Assembly: GCF_000143415.4 (NCBI RefSeq)
Contig: NW_003314298.1
Location: 310,001 to 374,000 of the forward strand
Source: Selaginella moellendorffii
Lineage: Eukaryota > Plantae > Lycopodiophyta
Reading direction: 5' to 3'
DNA: 64,000 nt
Below the pieces are notes generated by a model that was given only the letters and a program-made list of their open reading frames with translations, did not search any database and was not told where the DNA came from. The stretch's first letter is position 1. The number at the start of each line of letters is the position of its first letter. Positions 39,533 through 51,028 of the stretch are shown here, one piece after another. A program made the translations under genes and the position numbers.

Positions 39533-40111
39533 AGCTTGCCTGTGCACGCTCAGCCGCTAGCGCCGCGAATCTCACATCCGAGAAAGCCCCGAAATATGCA
39601 CAGCCTGGTGGATTGGGAGACGAAAAATCGAGCGCTCTCCTGCGGCGGCGGCCCTATGCGGCGAATCTAGAATGCAAAAACCTGAGCATGGGAGGAGGAG
39701 AAGCTGCCAGCTTGTTCTTCACAGCGCCATCGCCTTATCGCCGCTGCCGCAAGCCCTAAAATCCGTGACGCATTTCCGTACTCCGGATAAAAAAATGTTC
39801 AAGAATATTCGGGACAAATTTCATTTTTGTATGAATTCAAACAAAAAAGCAAACGCAATTAAACAACAATCAATCGGAGTGGCGCAGCGGAAGCGTGGTG
39901 GGCCCATAACCCACAGGTCCCAGGATCGAAACCTGGCTCCGATATCACTAGAGATTCTCTTTTTCATTTTGCTTGCGCCGGAAGCTCTGGCCACTTTAGT
40001 TCATGTGCCACAGTGTGCCAAAGTAACGTAGCTAGCTTCCACTGGAAACAAGGAACAGCTCTTGCAGTTAAAAGCTCCACACGATCGCTCTCCTAGGAAA
40101 CTCAAGGAGCT

Positions 40112-41484
40112 ATGGCGGAACTTAGCTCCAAGAACACGGCCAAGCTGGTGGTCTACTTGGTTCTTGCCATCGCCTCAGCAGGTTCGCTAACTTTTGGTTG
40201 ATTGATCTTCTTGGTCGTGGTTGTTGATTGAAAGTCTAGAACTTTTTCGGTGCTTGCTTGATTGATCTGATCTTCTTCTTAGCTTTCCACTCCTTGAGGA
40301 GCTTCTGCTGATCGAGATCTTCTGCTTTGTTCGTGATTGAGCGGATCTTCTTCTTGGTCGTGTTGATCGAGAGCTCTCCATGCCTCGAGAAGCTTTAGCT
40401 GAGCGGCTAACTTGATTGATCTGATCTTCTTTCATCCCTCGAGGAGCTTGAGCTGATCGAGATCTTCTGCTTTGTTCGCTAACTTGATCTTCTCGGTCGT
40501 GCCTGTTGATCGAGAGCTCTCCATTCCTCGAGGAGCTTGAGCTGATCGAGATCTTTTTCTGCTTTGTTCGTTAACTTGATTGATCTGGTTGGCCGTGAGA
40601 GTCCTCCATTCCTCGAGGAGAGCTGATGGAGATCTTTTTCTGCTTTGTTCTCTATTGATTGATCTGGTCTTCTTGGTCGTGCAAGCCTTGTTGATCGAGA
40701 GCCTCCATTCCCCGAGGGGGTTCGTAGAGCTGATGAAGATCTTCTTCTGCTTTGTTCCAGGAGAGATCGACGCCACCACCATCCGCCTCTACAACGCCTG
40801 CCCCTTCACGATCTGGCCGGCGTGGCTCTCCAACGCCGGCAAGCCCCAGCTCGGCCCCGGCGGCATCAAGCTCAACCCCTGGCAATCCTACGACGTCTAC
40901 GCCTTGAACAACTGGGCCGGACGATTCTGGGGGCGCACCGGCTGCGATCTAGATGGCTACTATCCCCGCGGCTGCGACACGGGCGATTGCAATCGCACCA
41001 TCTCCTGCAACACCCCCGGCGCCACCCCGACCACCCTCGTCGAGTACTCGCTCCACAACAACAATGTGGACAACTACGACGTGACGCTCGTGGATGGCTA
41101 CAATCTGCCCATCCGCGTGTCGCCCAGCCACCCCGGCTGCTCCATAGCCGGCTGCCGTGCCGATATCAACGTCCACTGCCCTCCCGAGCTCGCCGTGCGC
41201 AACGCCGACGGCTATGTCATGGCCTGCAAGAGCGCCTGCCTCGCCTTCCCTGCCGAGGATCGGTTTTGCTGCCGCAACCAGTATGACAACGAGCACTGCC
41301 CCAACAACGAGTACGCCGCGCGCTTCAAGGACTCGTGCCCTAGCGCCATCACTTACAAGTACGATCGCGAGAACAGCAGCTTCCGCTGCCCGTCCGGGAC
41401 GGATTACACCATCACATTCTGCCCATCCGGGAATGCCGAGGATGGGATCATCACGCTGGGGCGCCGCGAGAAAGAGGACGCCTA

Positions 41485-41485
<1 letters not shown>
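40112..41485 (+). CDS. Thaumatin-like (PR-5) secreted protein; intron 40182-40760
   Basis: Signal peptide exon; NACPFTIWPAW; WAGRFWGRTGC; CDTGDC; YDVTLVDGYNLPI; CKSACLAF; FKDSCPSAITYKYD; YTITFCP. Confidence 0.95.
40186..40760 (+). repeat. Diverged tandem repeat array filling the thaumatin intron
   Basis: Motif gaggagctt..gctgatcgagatctt.ctgctttgttc recurs at about 40296, 40441, 40530, 40615 and 40714. Confidence 0.85.

Positions 41486-41487
<2 letters not shown>

Positions 41488-41517
<30 letters not shown>
41488..41517 (+). repeat. (GA)n microsatellite between the thaumatin and PPR genes
   Basis: gagaga run of about 15 units. Confidence 0.95.
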
Positions 41518-41520
<3 letters not shown>

Positions 41521-41594
41521 AGAACCCTAGATTTTGAATTTGCCCCAAATTGATGTTTTCCCGCGCCAAAGTGAAGTTTCAAATGAAAATGTGA

Positions 41595-43673
41595 ATGAGC
41601 AATGCTTGGCAGCAGCGAGATCTCGCGTCCGCGATCCAGCTCTGCGGAGACGCACGCGATCACGCTGCTGGCTCGCGGATCCACGCCGCCATCGCCAGCA
41701 GTAGGCGGTGGAATGGTGACCGGTACCTCGCAAATCTGCTCATCGAGATGTATGGCAAGTGTGGGAATCTGGGCGTCGCGCGCGCGGTCTTCGACAACTT
41801 GGGCTCCCCGAATCGCTTCTCCTGGACGATCCTCTTCGCGGCTTATGCGAGGAATGGGAAGCTGGAGGAAGCGCGGAGGGTTTTCGAGGAGATGCCGGAG
41901 AGGGGGATCGTCGTATGGAATTCATTGCTTAGTCTTCTCGGAAAACGGGGAATGATCGCAGAGGCCGAGAGGGTATTCGAGACTATGAAGGGAAAGAGGA
42001 ATGTTGTCTCGTGGAATGCCATGATCACCGCATATGCCTTAAATGGGCATTTGTGTCGAGCGGAAGATTTGCTCAAGAAAATGCCAGAATCATCAGCTTG
42101 CTCTTACAATATCCTGATAGATGCTTACGCACAAGCTGAAAATTTTGTTCGTGCGAAGGACTTGTTCGATCGAATGCCAGATAGGGATCATGTATCTTGG
42201 AACACTATGCTAGCGGCATATGACAAGTATGGGCATTTTCTTTCAATGACTACGTTGTACAGCAAAATGCCTCAGTTCGATCTCGTTTCTTTCAACTCCA
42301 TGCTCGCGGGTATCACAAATCATGTATCAACCTCAGAAGCGCAACGATTCTTCCAGAGGATGCCCGAGAAAGATATCATTTCCTGGAACACTATGCTCCA
42401 CGCGTTTGCCCGCGTGAGCGACGTCACAAGCGCTTTGGACGTGTTCCACAGGATGCCCGAGCACGACGTACTGACGTGGACAGCCACGCTTGCAGCGCTG
42501 TCCGGTGACGTGGACCGAGCCAAGTCTCTGTTCGATGCATTGCCCGCACGCGGCCTAGTGACGTGGAACGCCATGCTGGCAGCCTATGCCCGTGCCGGGC
42601 ATATCGCCCCTGGCCGAGCTCTCTTCGACGCAATGCCTGCTCGAGACCTCTCGTCCTGGAACATCCTATTAGAAATTATGGCTGTGAATGGATCATTAGA
42701 AGAGGCTGCGATGATCTTCATGGCAATGCTTCCAGAGCATTGTTTGTTTTCTGGAAATCTCGTGCTCTCTTCGTATGCCCGGAGTGGTTTCGTTGACAAT
42801 GCTTTGAGCGTCTTTTCGTCGATGCTCGAGGTGGATTCCGTGTCGTGGAACGCTCTCCTGGGAGCTTGTGCTCGAAGCGGTCAGATCGAAAACGCCCAGC
42901 TGATCTTTGCGAGAATGCCCGAGTGGAGCTTGAGCTCGTGGACGAACTTGATCTGGATGCACTGCCAGGGATCAAACTTGGAAGGATCAAAGAGAGCTTT
43001 TTATGAGATGCCCGAGTGGGATACAGTGAGTTCCAACGCAATGCTCGCCAGCTTTGCAAGAAATGGCCAAACGCACGAAGCTCGAGAGCTCTTTGACGCC
43101 ATCTCCGACAAAGACGAGGTCTCCTGGAACACAATCCTCGCGGCCTACGCCCAAGCCGGGGATCTCACCTCGGCCTCGTCAATCTTCCTCGGAGCTCCCG
43201 AGCGATCTTCCATATCCTGGAACACAATGCTCGCATCAACTTCTAGCTTTGCTTGCGCGGCTCAAGCGATGGAGCTCTTCAACGAGATGGCCATCGAGGG
43301 CCACTCTCCCGACCAGCTCTCCTTCTCAAGTTTGCTCAACGCTTGCAGCCACGCCGGGTCGATCGACCAAAGCTTGCTACTCTTCCACGCCATGGCCCGT
43401 GATCACCAGGAACTTCTCATCGAAAGCCAGCACGTAACCACGATGGTGGATGCTCTGGGCCGAGCCGGACGAACCTTGGCAGCTCAAGAACTGGCAGAAG
43501 ATGATGGTAGGGACGCGGTGGCCGTGCGGTCACTGCTCGGAGCTTGCCGGATACACCATGATGTGGAGCTTTCAACACGCTTGGCCGGAGAAAACTTTTC
43601 TCCACCACTCCGGTGTGGATCAAACTTTTCTCTGCTTGCAAACACATACTCCGCGACAGCAGCAGTCCTATAG
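41595..43673 (+). CDS. PLS-class pentatricopeptide repeat protein with a partial E domain (likely organellar RNA-editing factor), intronless
   Basis: Many short repeats (FxxMPExDxVSWNxMLxAYA); NACSHAG; MVDALGRAG; SLLGACRIH...LLANTY; no DYW domain. Confidence 0.93.
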   Translation: MSNAWQQRDLASAIQLCGDARDHAAGSRIHAAIASSRRWNGDRYLANLLIEMYGKCGNLGVARAVFDNLGSPNRFSWTILFAAYARNGKLEEARRVFEEMPERGIVVWNSLLSLLGKRGMIAEAERVFETMKGKRNVVSWNAMITAYALNGHLCRAEDLLKKMPESSACSYNILIDAYAQAENFVRAKDLFDRMPDRDHVSWNTMLAAYDKYGHFLSMTTLYSKMPQFDLVSFNSMLAGITNHVSTSEAQRFFQRMPEKDIISWNTMLHAFARVSDVTSALDVFHRMPEHDVLTWTATLAALSGDVDRAKSLFDALPARGLVTWNAMLAAYARAGHIAPGRALFDAMPARDLSSWNILLEIMAVNGSLEEAAMIFMAMLPEHCLFSGNLVLSSYARSGFVDNALSVFSSMLEVDSVSWNALLGACARSGQIENAQLIFARMPEWSLSSWTNLIWMHCQGSNLEGSKRAFYEMPEWDTVSSNAMLASFARNGQTHEARELFDAISDKDEVSWNTILAAYAQAGDLTSASSIFLGAPERSSISWNTMLASTSSFACAAQAMELFNEMAIEGHSPDQLSFSSLLNACSHAGSIDQSLLLFHAMARDHQELLIESQHVTTMVDALGRAGRTLAAQELAEDDGRDAVAVRSLLGACRIHHDVELSTRLAGENFSPPLRCGSNFSLLANTYSATAAVL

Positions 43674-43924
43674 CTTGTGCCAATCACAGTGGTCCCGAAA
43701 GCTTGTGGTGAGGTCCCGGAGTTTCCAGAAAGTCACGAAAACTATAATCAGGAATGGACCTTCGCACTGTGCCAGAAACACGGCTTTGATTTTGACTAAC
43801 TCCAGTCGTGGGGTCGACTCCAGACTTTGCGGATTTAGCGGCCTCAACCTGTGGACTTGCAAAGACTACCGCTCGCTAGTCTTTAAAATCGGGAGTGCAC
43901 AGCTTAGAAGAAGAGAGTCCATGA

Positions 43925-44627
43925 ATGGCACTCGAAATGGAGAATGGTGGCGATGAAGACGTGATGCTTCCAGGCTTCCGCTTCCATCCCACTGACGAGG
44001 AGCTCCTCACTTTCTACTTGCACCGCAAGGTGGAGCACAAGCCCCTGGCGATCGAGGTGATCACGCAGCTCGACATATACAAGTTTGATCCATGGGAGCT
44101 CCCAGGTAAAGACCATCCTCGGATCTTGATCGAAAGCTCTCGATCAGCGAGATATCAATTGTGGATTTCTTCGGTCTCGGCAGGAGCATCATCGACTGGT
44201 TGTGGAGAGCAAGCGTCCTACTTCTTTTGCCCGCGGGACCGGAAGTATCGCAACAGCAGCAGGCCAAACCGGGTGACCTCGGGCGGATTCTGGAAAGCCA
44301 CGGGCACGGATCGGGTCGTGCACTCGGCCAAGCCGGGCCACAAGTGTATCGGGCTCAAGAAATCGCTGGTTTTCTACAAGGGACGAGCGGCCCGGCCTGT
44401 CAAGACGGACTGGATGATGCACGAGTTCCGGATGCCGCAGCTGTCCAACAAGGATATCTTCCAGCCGCGAGGACCAGAGGTAGAGTGATGCGCTCTCGAT
44501 CATGGTTGCTTTAATTCATGCTTGTTCTTGCTTGATCTATCTCCAGGAATGCTGGACGGTATGCAAAGTGTTTAGAAAGCTTGGGCCAGTGCACGGACCT
44601 CTCAAACGACGGGCGCTGGGAGAATAG
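43925..44627 (+). CDS. NAC transcription factor, FEZ-like, essentially NAC domain only, 3 exons
   Basis: [14 protein letters not shown]; [27 protein letters not shown]; [26 protein letters not shown]; WTVCKVFRK, then a stop 15 codons later. Confidence 0.9.
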
Positions 44628-44779
44628 TGAAGAAAAAATGCCAAGTGAATGTTTACTATGCTTATAAATTAATAATAATTGCAGGACTAATACCATGGTT
44701 ATTAAAACAGATCTTATCCATCATCTTGAGCCTGATTTGCTTATTAGCATAACAGTAATTAACTAGCACTTGCTTAGCA

Positions 44780-45555
44780 TATGCTGCGTAGTTAGCAAAA
44801 TATTGTTTTAATTTTTTAATAAATTAAAGATTAAATTGGAATAGTATCAAAACAACAAATATTATATTTCATTTCGAAAGAAGAATTGTGGGAATTATGT
44901 CAAAAAATGCTAGATAAATACAAAATGTAAACTTGACAATATAAATATTTAGAACAAAATATATTCCTAGGCATAAGAAAAAATAAATATTCATTAATAA
45001 AAATATTAGATACAAATTATTATTTGGAAATATGAATATATTTAATGAATATAATTATTTGTAAATATATATGTTATAGAAACTATAAATTTAAATCTTA
45101 TATTCCATAGTATTATGCACTAATAAACTATATTTGTAAAGATTTCAAAATATTACTGTCTAATCAAATACTGCATACATTATCTTAATTTTTTTTTATA
45201 ATGAGTTACATTATAAATAGCTAAGGTTACATATAAAAATATAATATATACTCTTATTGTTAAATTTGTTTAATTTTTTTGTATTAACAGTTGAAGCTTT
45301 GATCATAATCCTACATATTTATAAAACTAAGTCAACCCACATTTGATATACCATCATCTGGTATTGGGTTTTATATATTTTAATGATATTTGGACAAACC
45401 ATCTATACAGAATATAATTTTCATATTATATTTGAAAATATTGTTAAATTAAATTATCAAGTTAATTTTGACCTAAAATATTCAAAGATTCTAATACTTT
45501 ATAAAACAGAATAAGTTTAGGTAAAGTTGATTATTTTATTCATAAAGCATTAACA
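44780..45555 (+). repeat. AT-rich repeat, copy 1 (probable non-autonomous transposon remnant)
   Basis: Colinear with 47660-48403 (caaaatatattcctaggcataag; ttgaagctttgatcat; ataaaacagaataagtttaggtaaagttgattattttatt). Confidence 0.85.
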
Positions 45556-46022
45556 TAAAAATATTTGGGATAACCCATTAAACAGAATTGAAATCTCTGC
45601 CAGTTTTAGATTTTGATCTGGTGATGCCACCAAAGACATATATAATCTATCACCTCAAGGGTACAACTTGTCATTTGTTAGATTAGCAAGAGCACTATGT
45701 ATTGCCATCTGGATAACCCAATGATACCACACTTTCATCACCATGGTAGCACAATTAGCAAGAGATAGAACCTATTGTCAGAGTTTGGCCAACACTCAAC
45801 ATGCAATGTCCCAATCTCTACACCTATAAATTCATCTAGTAAAGAAAGTAAAAAACTTACCATCCTAATGACTATATAAATTTGCCACCATGAGAAGCAT
45901 ATGCCTTCTCTGCTGCCAGTGGTTAAGAAACTACATTCCAAGCAATTTTTCAATGTGATGCCCAACATAATCCTCCTAGCATTGGGCATGACAATAAGCC
46001 CAAGAAAGATCAAAGAATGTTA

Positions 46023-46465
46023 CCATCCAAGCATAAACTCAAGTTAGAACTAATTGTCATAGCTACTATTGCAAGTTTTGACTCCTTCACTTCTGCATTC
46101 TTTAGAACTTGTGCTGCCACCTAAAGAACATAAAAAACTCTTAAAACTTCCATTGAAAGGAGAATAGCTTACTTTGTTGATCGCTTGCTTGTGGTTTAGA
46201 CATGTTGCTAGAGGCATCACACCACCATACTGTCAAGGCAACTTTGCCTTGAATCCAAAGAAACAAAACAAAACAGAATAAATATGAAGAGAGAAAAAAA
46301 AGTACTTGTGATCTTAGTGACTCCCAAAATCTTTCCATCACTAGTGACCAGATATGAAGTTTGAGAAAATGCAATCTCGCTGCAAGAAAATCCACTTACA
46401 ACAGCGGCTTTAGTGGCATCACAACTCATCTCAATTCCCAAAACAGGCAATAAACCAGCAGCCAC
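46023..46465 (-). pseudogene. 5' fragment (4 exons with introns) of organellar tRNA t6A synthase GCP1/TsaD
   Basis: VLGIEMSCDATKAAV|VTSDGKIL...|AKLP*QYGGVMP...HKQAINK|VAAQVLKNAEVKESKLAIVAMTISSNLSLCL parallels recalled VLGIETSCDDTAAAV, YGGVAP and AVTIGPGLSLCL. Confidence 0.8.
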
Positions 46466-47659
46466 AACGAGAAAAAAAGGGCACTATGCAGGAATTTGTG
46501 CATTTGGGATGAATGTAAGATGCCATTGCCAAGGATTGGCAAAATAGCTTACAAAACCCTAAATTGAGGGAAAGAGATTCAAATATAAACTTGAATCACA
46601 ATTTGAAGTCACCAATAAAGCCTACTGCCATTGTATACACTCTCCACTAAACCTTCAAAGTGATTGCATTGTAAAAGGTTGAGTGTCAATGCTGGTCAAC
46701 ACTTTACATGTGACATGTGTCGTAGTGCCTTCTTCTAGAAAAGAAGAGCCTTTGCCACAAGCACTGGAATGCTTTGCTAGCTAGATCAACCAATGGTCCA
46801 GATGGATTTGAGTTTCTCTTATGTGCTATAAAAGATCTTCACAAAAACCCATAACTAATACCTCCTTCACTACTGATATGTTAGATTTGGATTTGTCAAT
46901 AACTATTTGGATGTTCTTGGCACCAAATTTTCAAAGAAGCCAATTTAAGCTACAATCATAGACTATCAGACCAAAGGTTTAATCAACATACAAATACTGT
47001 TAGAATCAATGGCTTGGATAGAGCAAGCAAGAGAGAGACATAGGGACAGGGGAAAAAGGAAGTTTGTTTGATTGGCTTGCCAACTGGTATGAGATCCAAT
47101 GGTGCTCTACGGACAAAGGTTTAGCTATTTGGACCTCCACATAGTCGAGAGTCAATTGCAATCTATTGCCTGCACAATGCCAAACCAGTGACCTTGGCCT
47201 AGGGTATGGATTTCTGGACAGGATCCTTGCAATTTCTTGTATTGTCTCATGGGATTGCTGCATTGTTATTGTGATTCTGTGTGCTTCAGTGCTTGTTTCG
47301 TGTGATTTGATACTCAGGAGGGTTAGATCTTGCCTGCATTTTCAATTCCCCCCCCCTCCCCCCCAAGAACATTCCATTGGGCCTTAATGGGATTATTGGA
47401 ATTCTTCTCAAAATCATGCCACTTTTCAGATGAACAATGTGATGTCTCAGTGTCTGAGAAGGTCTTTGGACGATTTGGGAGGCAATGGATTGTCCACCTC
47501 CACATAGGCTTGGAGCACATCGAACTCCTCTTTCCTCGACAGAATATAGGTGCAATCATGGTCAACATATGCATTTGACATGTGTTGCAACTCCTTCTTC
47601 TCTCACCCCAGTTTGGGTGCCTCCTATTGGCCCGAGAGCAAACATCAGCACCTGCCCGC

Positions 47660-48403
47660 ATATGCTGCCTAATTAGCAAAATACTTTTTTTATATTAAAA
47701 ACTAAATTGGAATAGTCACAAAAATCACAAAAAAAAATATTGTATTTCACTTTGAAAGAAGAATTGGGTGAATATAAAAATCAATTCTTGTAAACTTGAT
47801 AATATGAATATTTACAACAAAATATATTCCTAGGCATAAGTAAGAATAAATAATCATTAATAAAAATATTAGATGCAAATTATTATTTGGAAATATGAAT
47901 ATATTTTGAAAAATATCTGACCCAGGAAAAGTAAAAATGAAATTTCTATTATTCATAATATGTTATATGTAAATTATAGTTTTAGCTGGGATAAACTTAT
48001 ATTAAGATTTTATCGAATAGAAGAGATAATGATTTAAATTATAAATAGCTAAGGCTACATATAAAAATATAATATGTACTTCTATGTTAAATTGTTTAAT
48101 TTGTTTGTATTAACACTTGAAGCTTTGATCATCATCCTACACATTCATAAAACTAAATCAACTCACATTTGATATACCATCATTTGGTGTTAGGTTTCAT
48201 CTGTTATAGTAATATTTAAATAGGCCATCTAATATATTCTAGTTTATTCTTACAAAATAAGATTATCCTATAATACATTTTTCTTATTATATATACAAAT
48301 ACTGTTAAATCAAATTATAAAATTTAATTGTGACCTAAAATATTCAGTTTATAAAACAGAATAAGTTTAGGTAAAGTTGATTATTTTATTAGTAAAGCAT
48401 TAA
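47660..48403 (+). repeat. AT-rich repeat, copy 2
   Basis: Direct repeat of 44780-45555. Confidence 0.85.
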
Positions 48404-49045
48404 AAATGTTCACTTAAAAATAAATATTCATAAAGGTGTTTAATGGTAACTGTCAACCTCATGTTTAAATGTAAGTTTCATGCTCCATTACTATAATTGC
48501 CCGATCAATACATCATTACAAAGAAGAAAAATGTATGAGAGGCTAAGTGGCATCTTCTGGCTCCTCTCCAGTGGCCATGCTCACCTCTGTTGTCGTTGGC
48601 GGAGGCACCATTGCTACTGCTAGGGGCTTGGGAGTGGATCTAGAGCCTGCGGCTTTGAATCTGCTACTAGTGCTTGTTCTTGTAGGGACTGAGAGCCGCA
48701 ATTTCACTGGCCATTTACTCTCCTCTAGGGCTATGCCCTTTCCCTCAAGCAGCAGTGGAGAATGCCAGGAGCAACAGTGGCGAGATTGTAGAAAGGCATC
48801 CCATCAAGCTCTGGATCTGCTGCTGGCACCTATTCCCATGGGGATTGCTGTGGCGATTGAGTAGGAGATCTCTGAGTGGGATCTTTGCTTGGGAGATTTG
48901 GGAGCCACAGCTTCACTGGCCATTTACTCGAATGCATTGCTCTCCTGCCCTTTCTCCTAAGCAGCAGTGCTCCACATCGAGAGTGATGGTGGCGATTTCT
49001 GCAGGAAATTTAAAATTCAAAATATCTAAAAAAATAATCTGTATG

Positions 49046-49504
49046 NNNNNNNNNNNNNNNNNNNNNNNNNNNNNNNNNNNNNNNNNNNNNNNNNNNNNNN
49101 NNNNNNNNNNNNNNNNNNNNNNNNNNNNNNNNNNNNNNNNNNNNNNNNNNNNNNNNNNNNNNNNNNNNNNNNNNNNNNNNNNNNNNNNNNNNNNNNNNNN
49201 NNNNNNNNNNNNNNNNNNNNNNNNNNNNNNNNNNNNNNNNNNNNNNNNNNNNNNNNNNNNNNNNNNNNNNNNNNNNNNNNNNNNNNNNNNNNNNNNNNNN
49301 NNNNNNNNNNNNNNNNNNNNNNNNNNNNNNNNNNNNNNNNNNNNNNNNNNNNNNNNNNNNNNNNNNNNNNNNNNNNNNNNNNNNNNNNNNNNNNNNNNNN
49401 NNNNNNNNNNNNNNNNNNNNNNNNNNNNNNNNNNNNNNNNNNNNNNNNNNNNNNNNNNNNNNNNNNNNNNNNNNNNNNNNNNNNNNNNNNNNNNNNNNNN
49501 NNNN
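49046..49504. other. Assembly gap
   Basis: Run of N. Confidence 1.
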
Positions 49505-51028
49505 GGTCAGCTATCGATGAGATGCGTCAGGAGAGGCAAATATTTTCAGCAGATTTTGCCAAGAACTCGAAACAATGGCTCGGCAATGAGGACGAGTCTC
49601 AGCGGCCTCTCTTCCGACGGTAAGATCGTGCTCGCAAAATTGTGCCAGAAAGACCTACCGAGAGCGAATTGAAAATTCCTGGAGGGGGGGGGGGGGGGTT
49701 GAGATTGGGGCTAAGGGGCCTTGAGTGGGAGTGAGCATGGACTCGGGTGGTGCCGAAGGGGCCACCCAAGGAAGTGCTTAAGAGTAGCTCCCACTCCCAG
49801 AAGGGAAACCGACTACAATGCTCCCGACTCATGTGGAGTGGTGCCCCACTTAAGTATCTTGTGGCTGATTGGTCCTCACCTTTTCTAGAGGCTTGGGCCT
49901 TCCCTTCGGGATGGAAGTGGGGGAGTAAGGGTACCCATATTGGACCGTTACACCATGATGTTTCCCCTCAGTGTCCCAAAGCAAGCGTTGCACCGAAGGT
50001 TTGGGATTTATAGGGTCCTATGATAAAATCTTGTTCTATTAAGGGATGTTAGGAACCTGGTGGCTTGGTGTGCTTGGCTATTTATGCCTATAGGGAGTGT
50101 AGCCAAATCTTAAGCTAAGTTTAATCCGGGGAAAGGGATTGGGAGAGATTTGGGAATCTGTGGATGGATGGATAATGCTCCATTGCTCATCCAGTGAGTA
50201 GCTAAAACCAAGTAAAACCAAGTAGAAGCTGGTATAATAGGAAAGAACCTTGGCGAGGGAACTTAACTAAGGTGAAGGCCATAGTGGTTGGATAGACGAA
50301 GTAAGCTAGCAAATTGAAAAGAAAAATTTTGTGGCTTACAATTTGGTATTAGAGCCTTTTCCTTAGTTCTAGCGAAGAATAAAGGTCGATTGCTGGGAGA
50401 TGGCGAAGACAGTCTTGCACAAGGAGGACTCCAGTGAGGAATCTTCCAAACATAAGTCCAGTGGAGAGGTTTGGTTATCCAAAGCTCGATTGGACATTCT
50501 AAAAGGACAATTGGCACAAACCAATGCCCTACTAGAGACCCTCATATACAAGCTAAAGCATGACAAGAAGCGAAAGAAAAAGCCAAAAACTACAAAGGCT
50601 AATAGTGTGGAAGGCGTGGAACCTTTAGCGGGGATTGAGGTAGAACCGAACAAGGTTAAATAAACCAAAGTGGAATCAGTCTCCCAGGCAGTTTCCAAGT
50701 ACAAACCAAAGCCCCTATCAGTCTTCAAGGGAGTGAATAATTATAAAGTGCTAGAGTATTGATTTTACGATATGGAAGATTATTTACTAAAGTTGCAGTT
50801 ACCAAGCTCGAAGAAGGTCTTATGTGCAAAACTATACTTGGCAGATAATGCTAAGTCATGGTGGAGAATAACAGAGGCTAACGAAGGACCGGTGGCCACT
50901 TGGGAAATGATGAAGGCGAAGATCTATGCAACCTACATTTCATTGAATACTACTTTACACCTAAGGGATGAACTAAGCAGGCTGAAGCAAGTAAGAACCA
51001 TCCAAGAGTATGTGAATTTGTTTATGGC

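Noticed and set aside
37255-40760. CRISPR-like interpretation of the repeat arrays
   Set aside because: Eukaryotic context; no unique spacers and no cas genes
47000-47230. Possible receptor-kinase fragment (GSL..WL, GLA, SDLGL)
   Set aside because: Too degenerate to call
49034-49045. Candidate left end and TSD of element A (ataatc|tgtatg versus atattc after 63950)
   Set aside because: Mismatched, wrong length for a 5-bp TSD, and adjacent to the gap
48755-49672. 305-aa ORF
   Set aside because: Artefact of translating through the N gap
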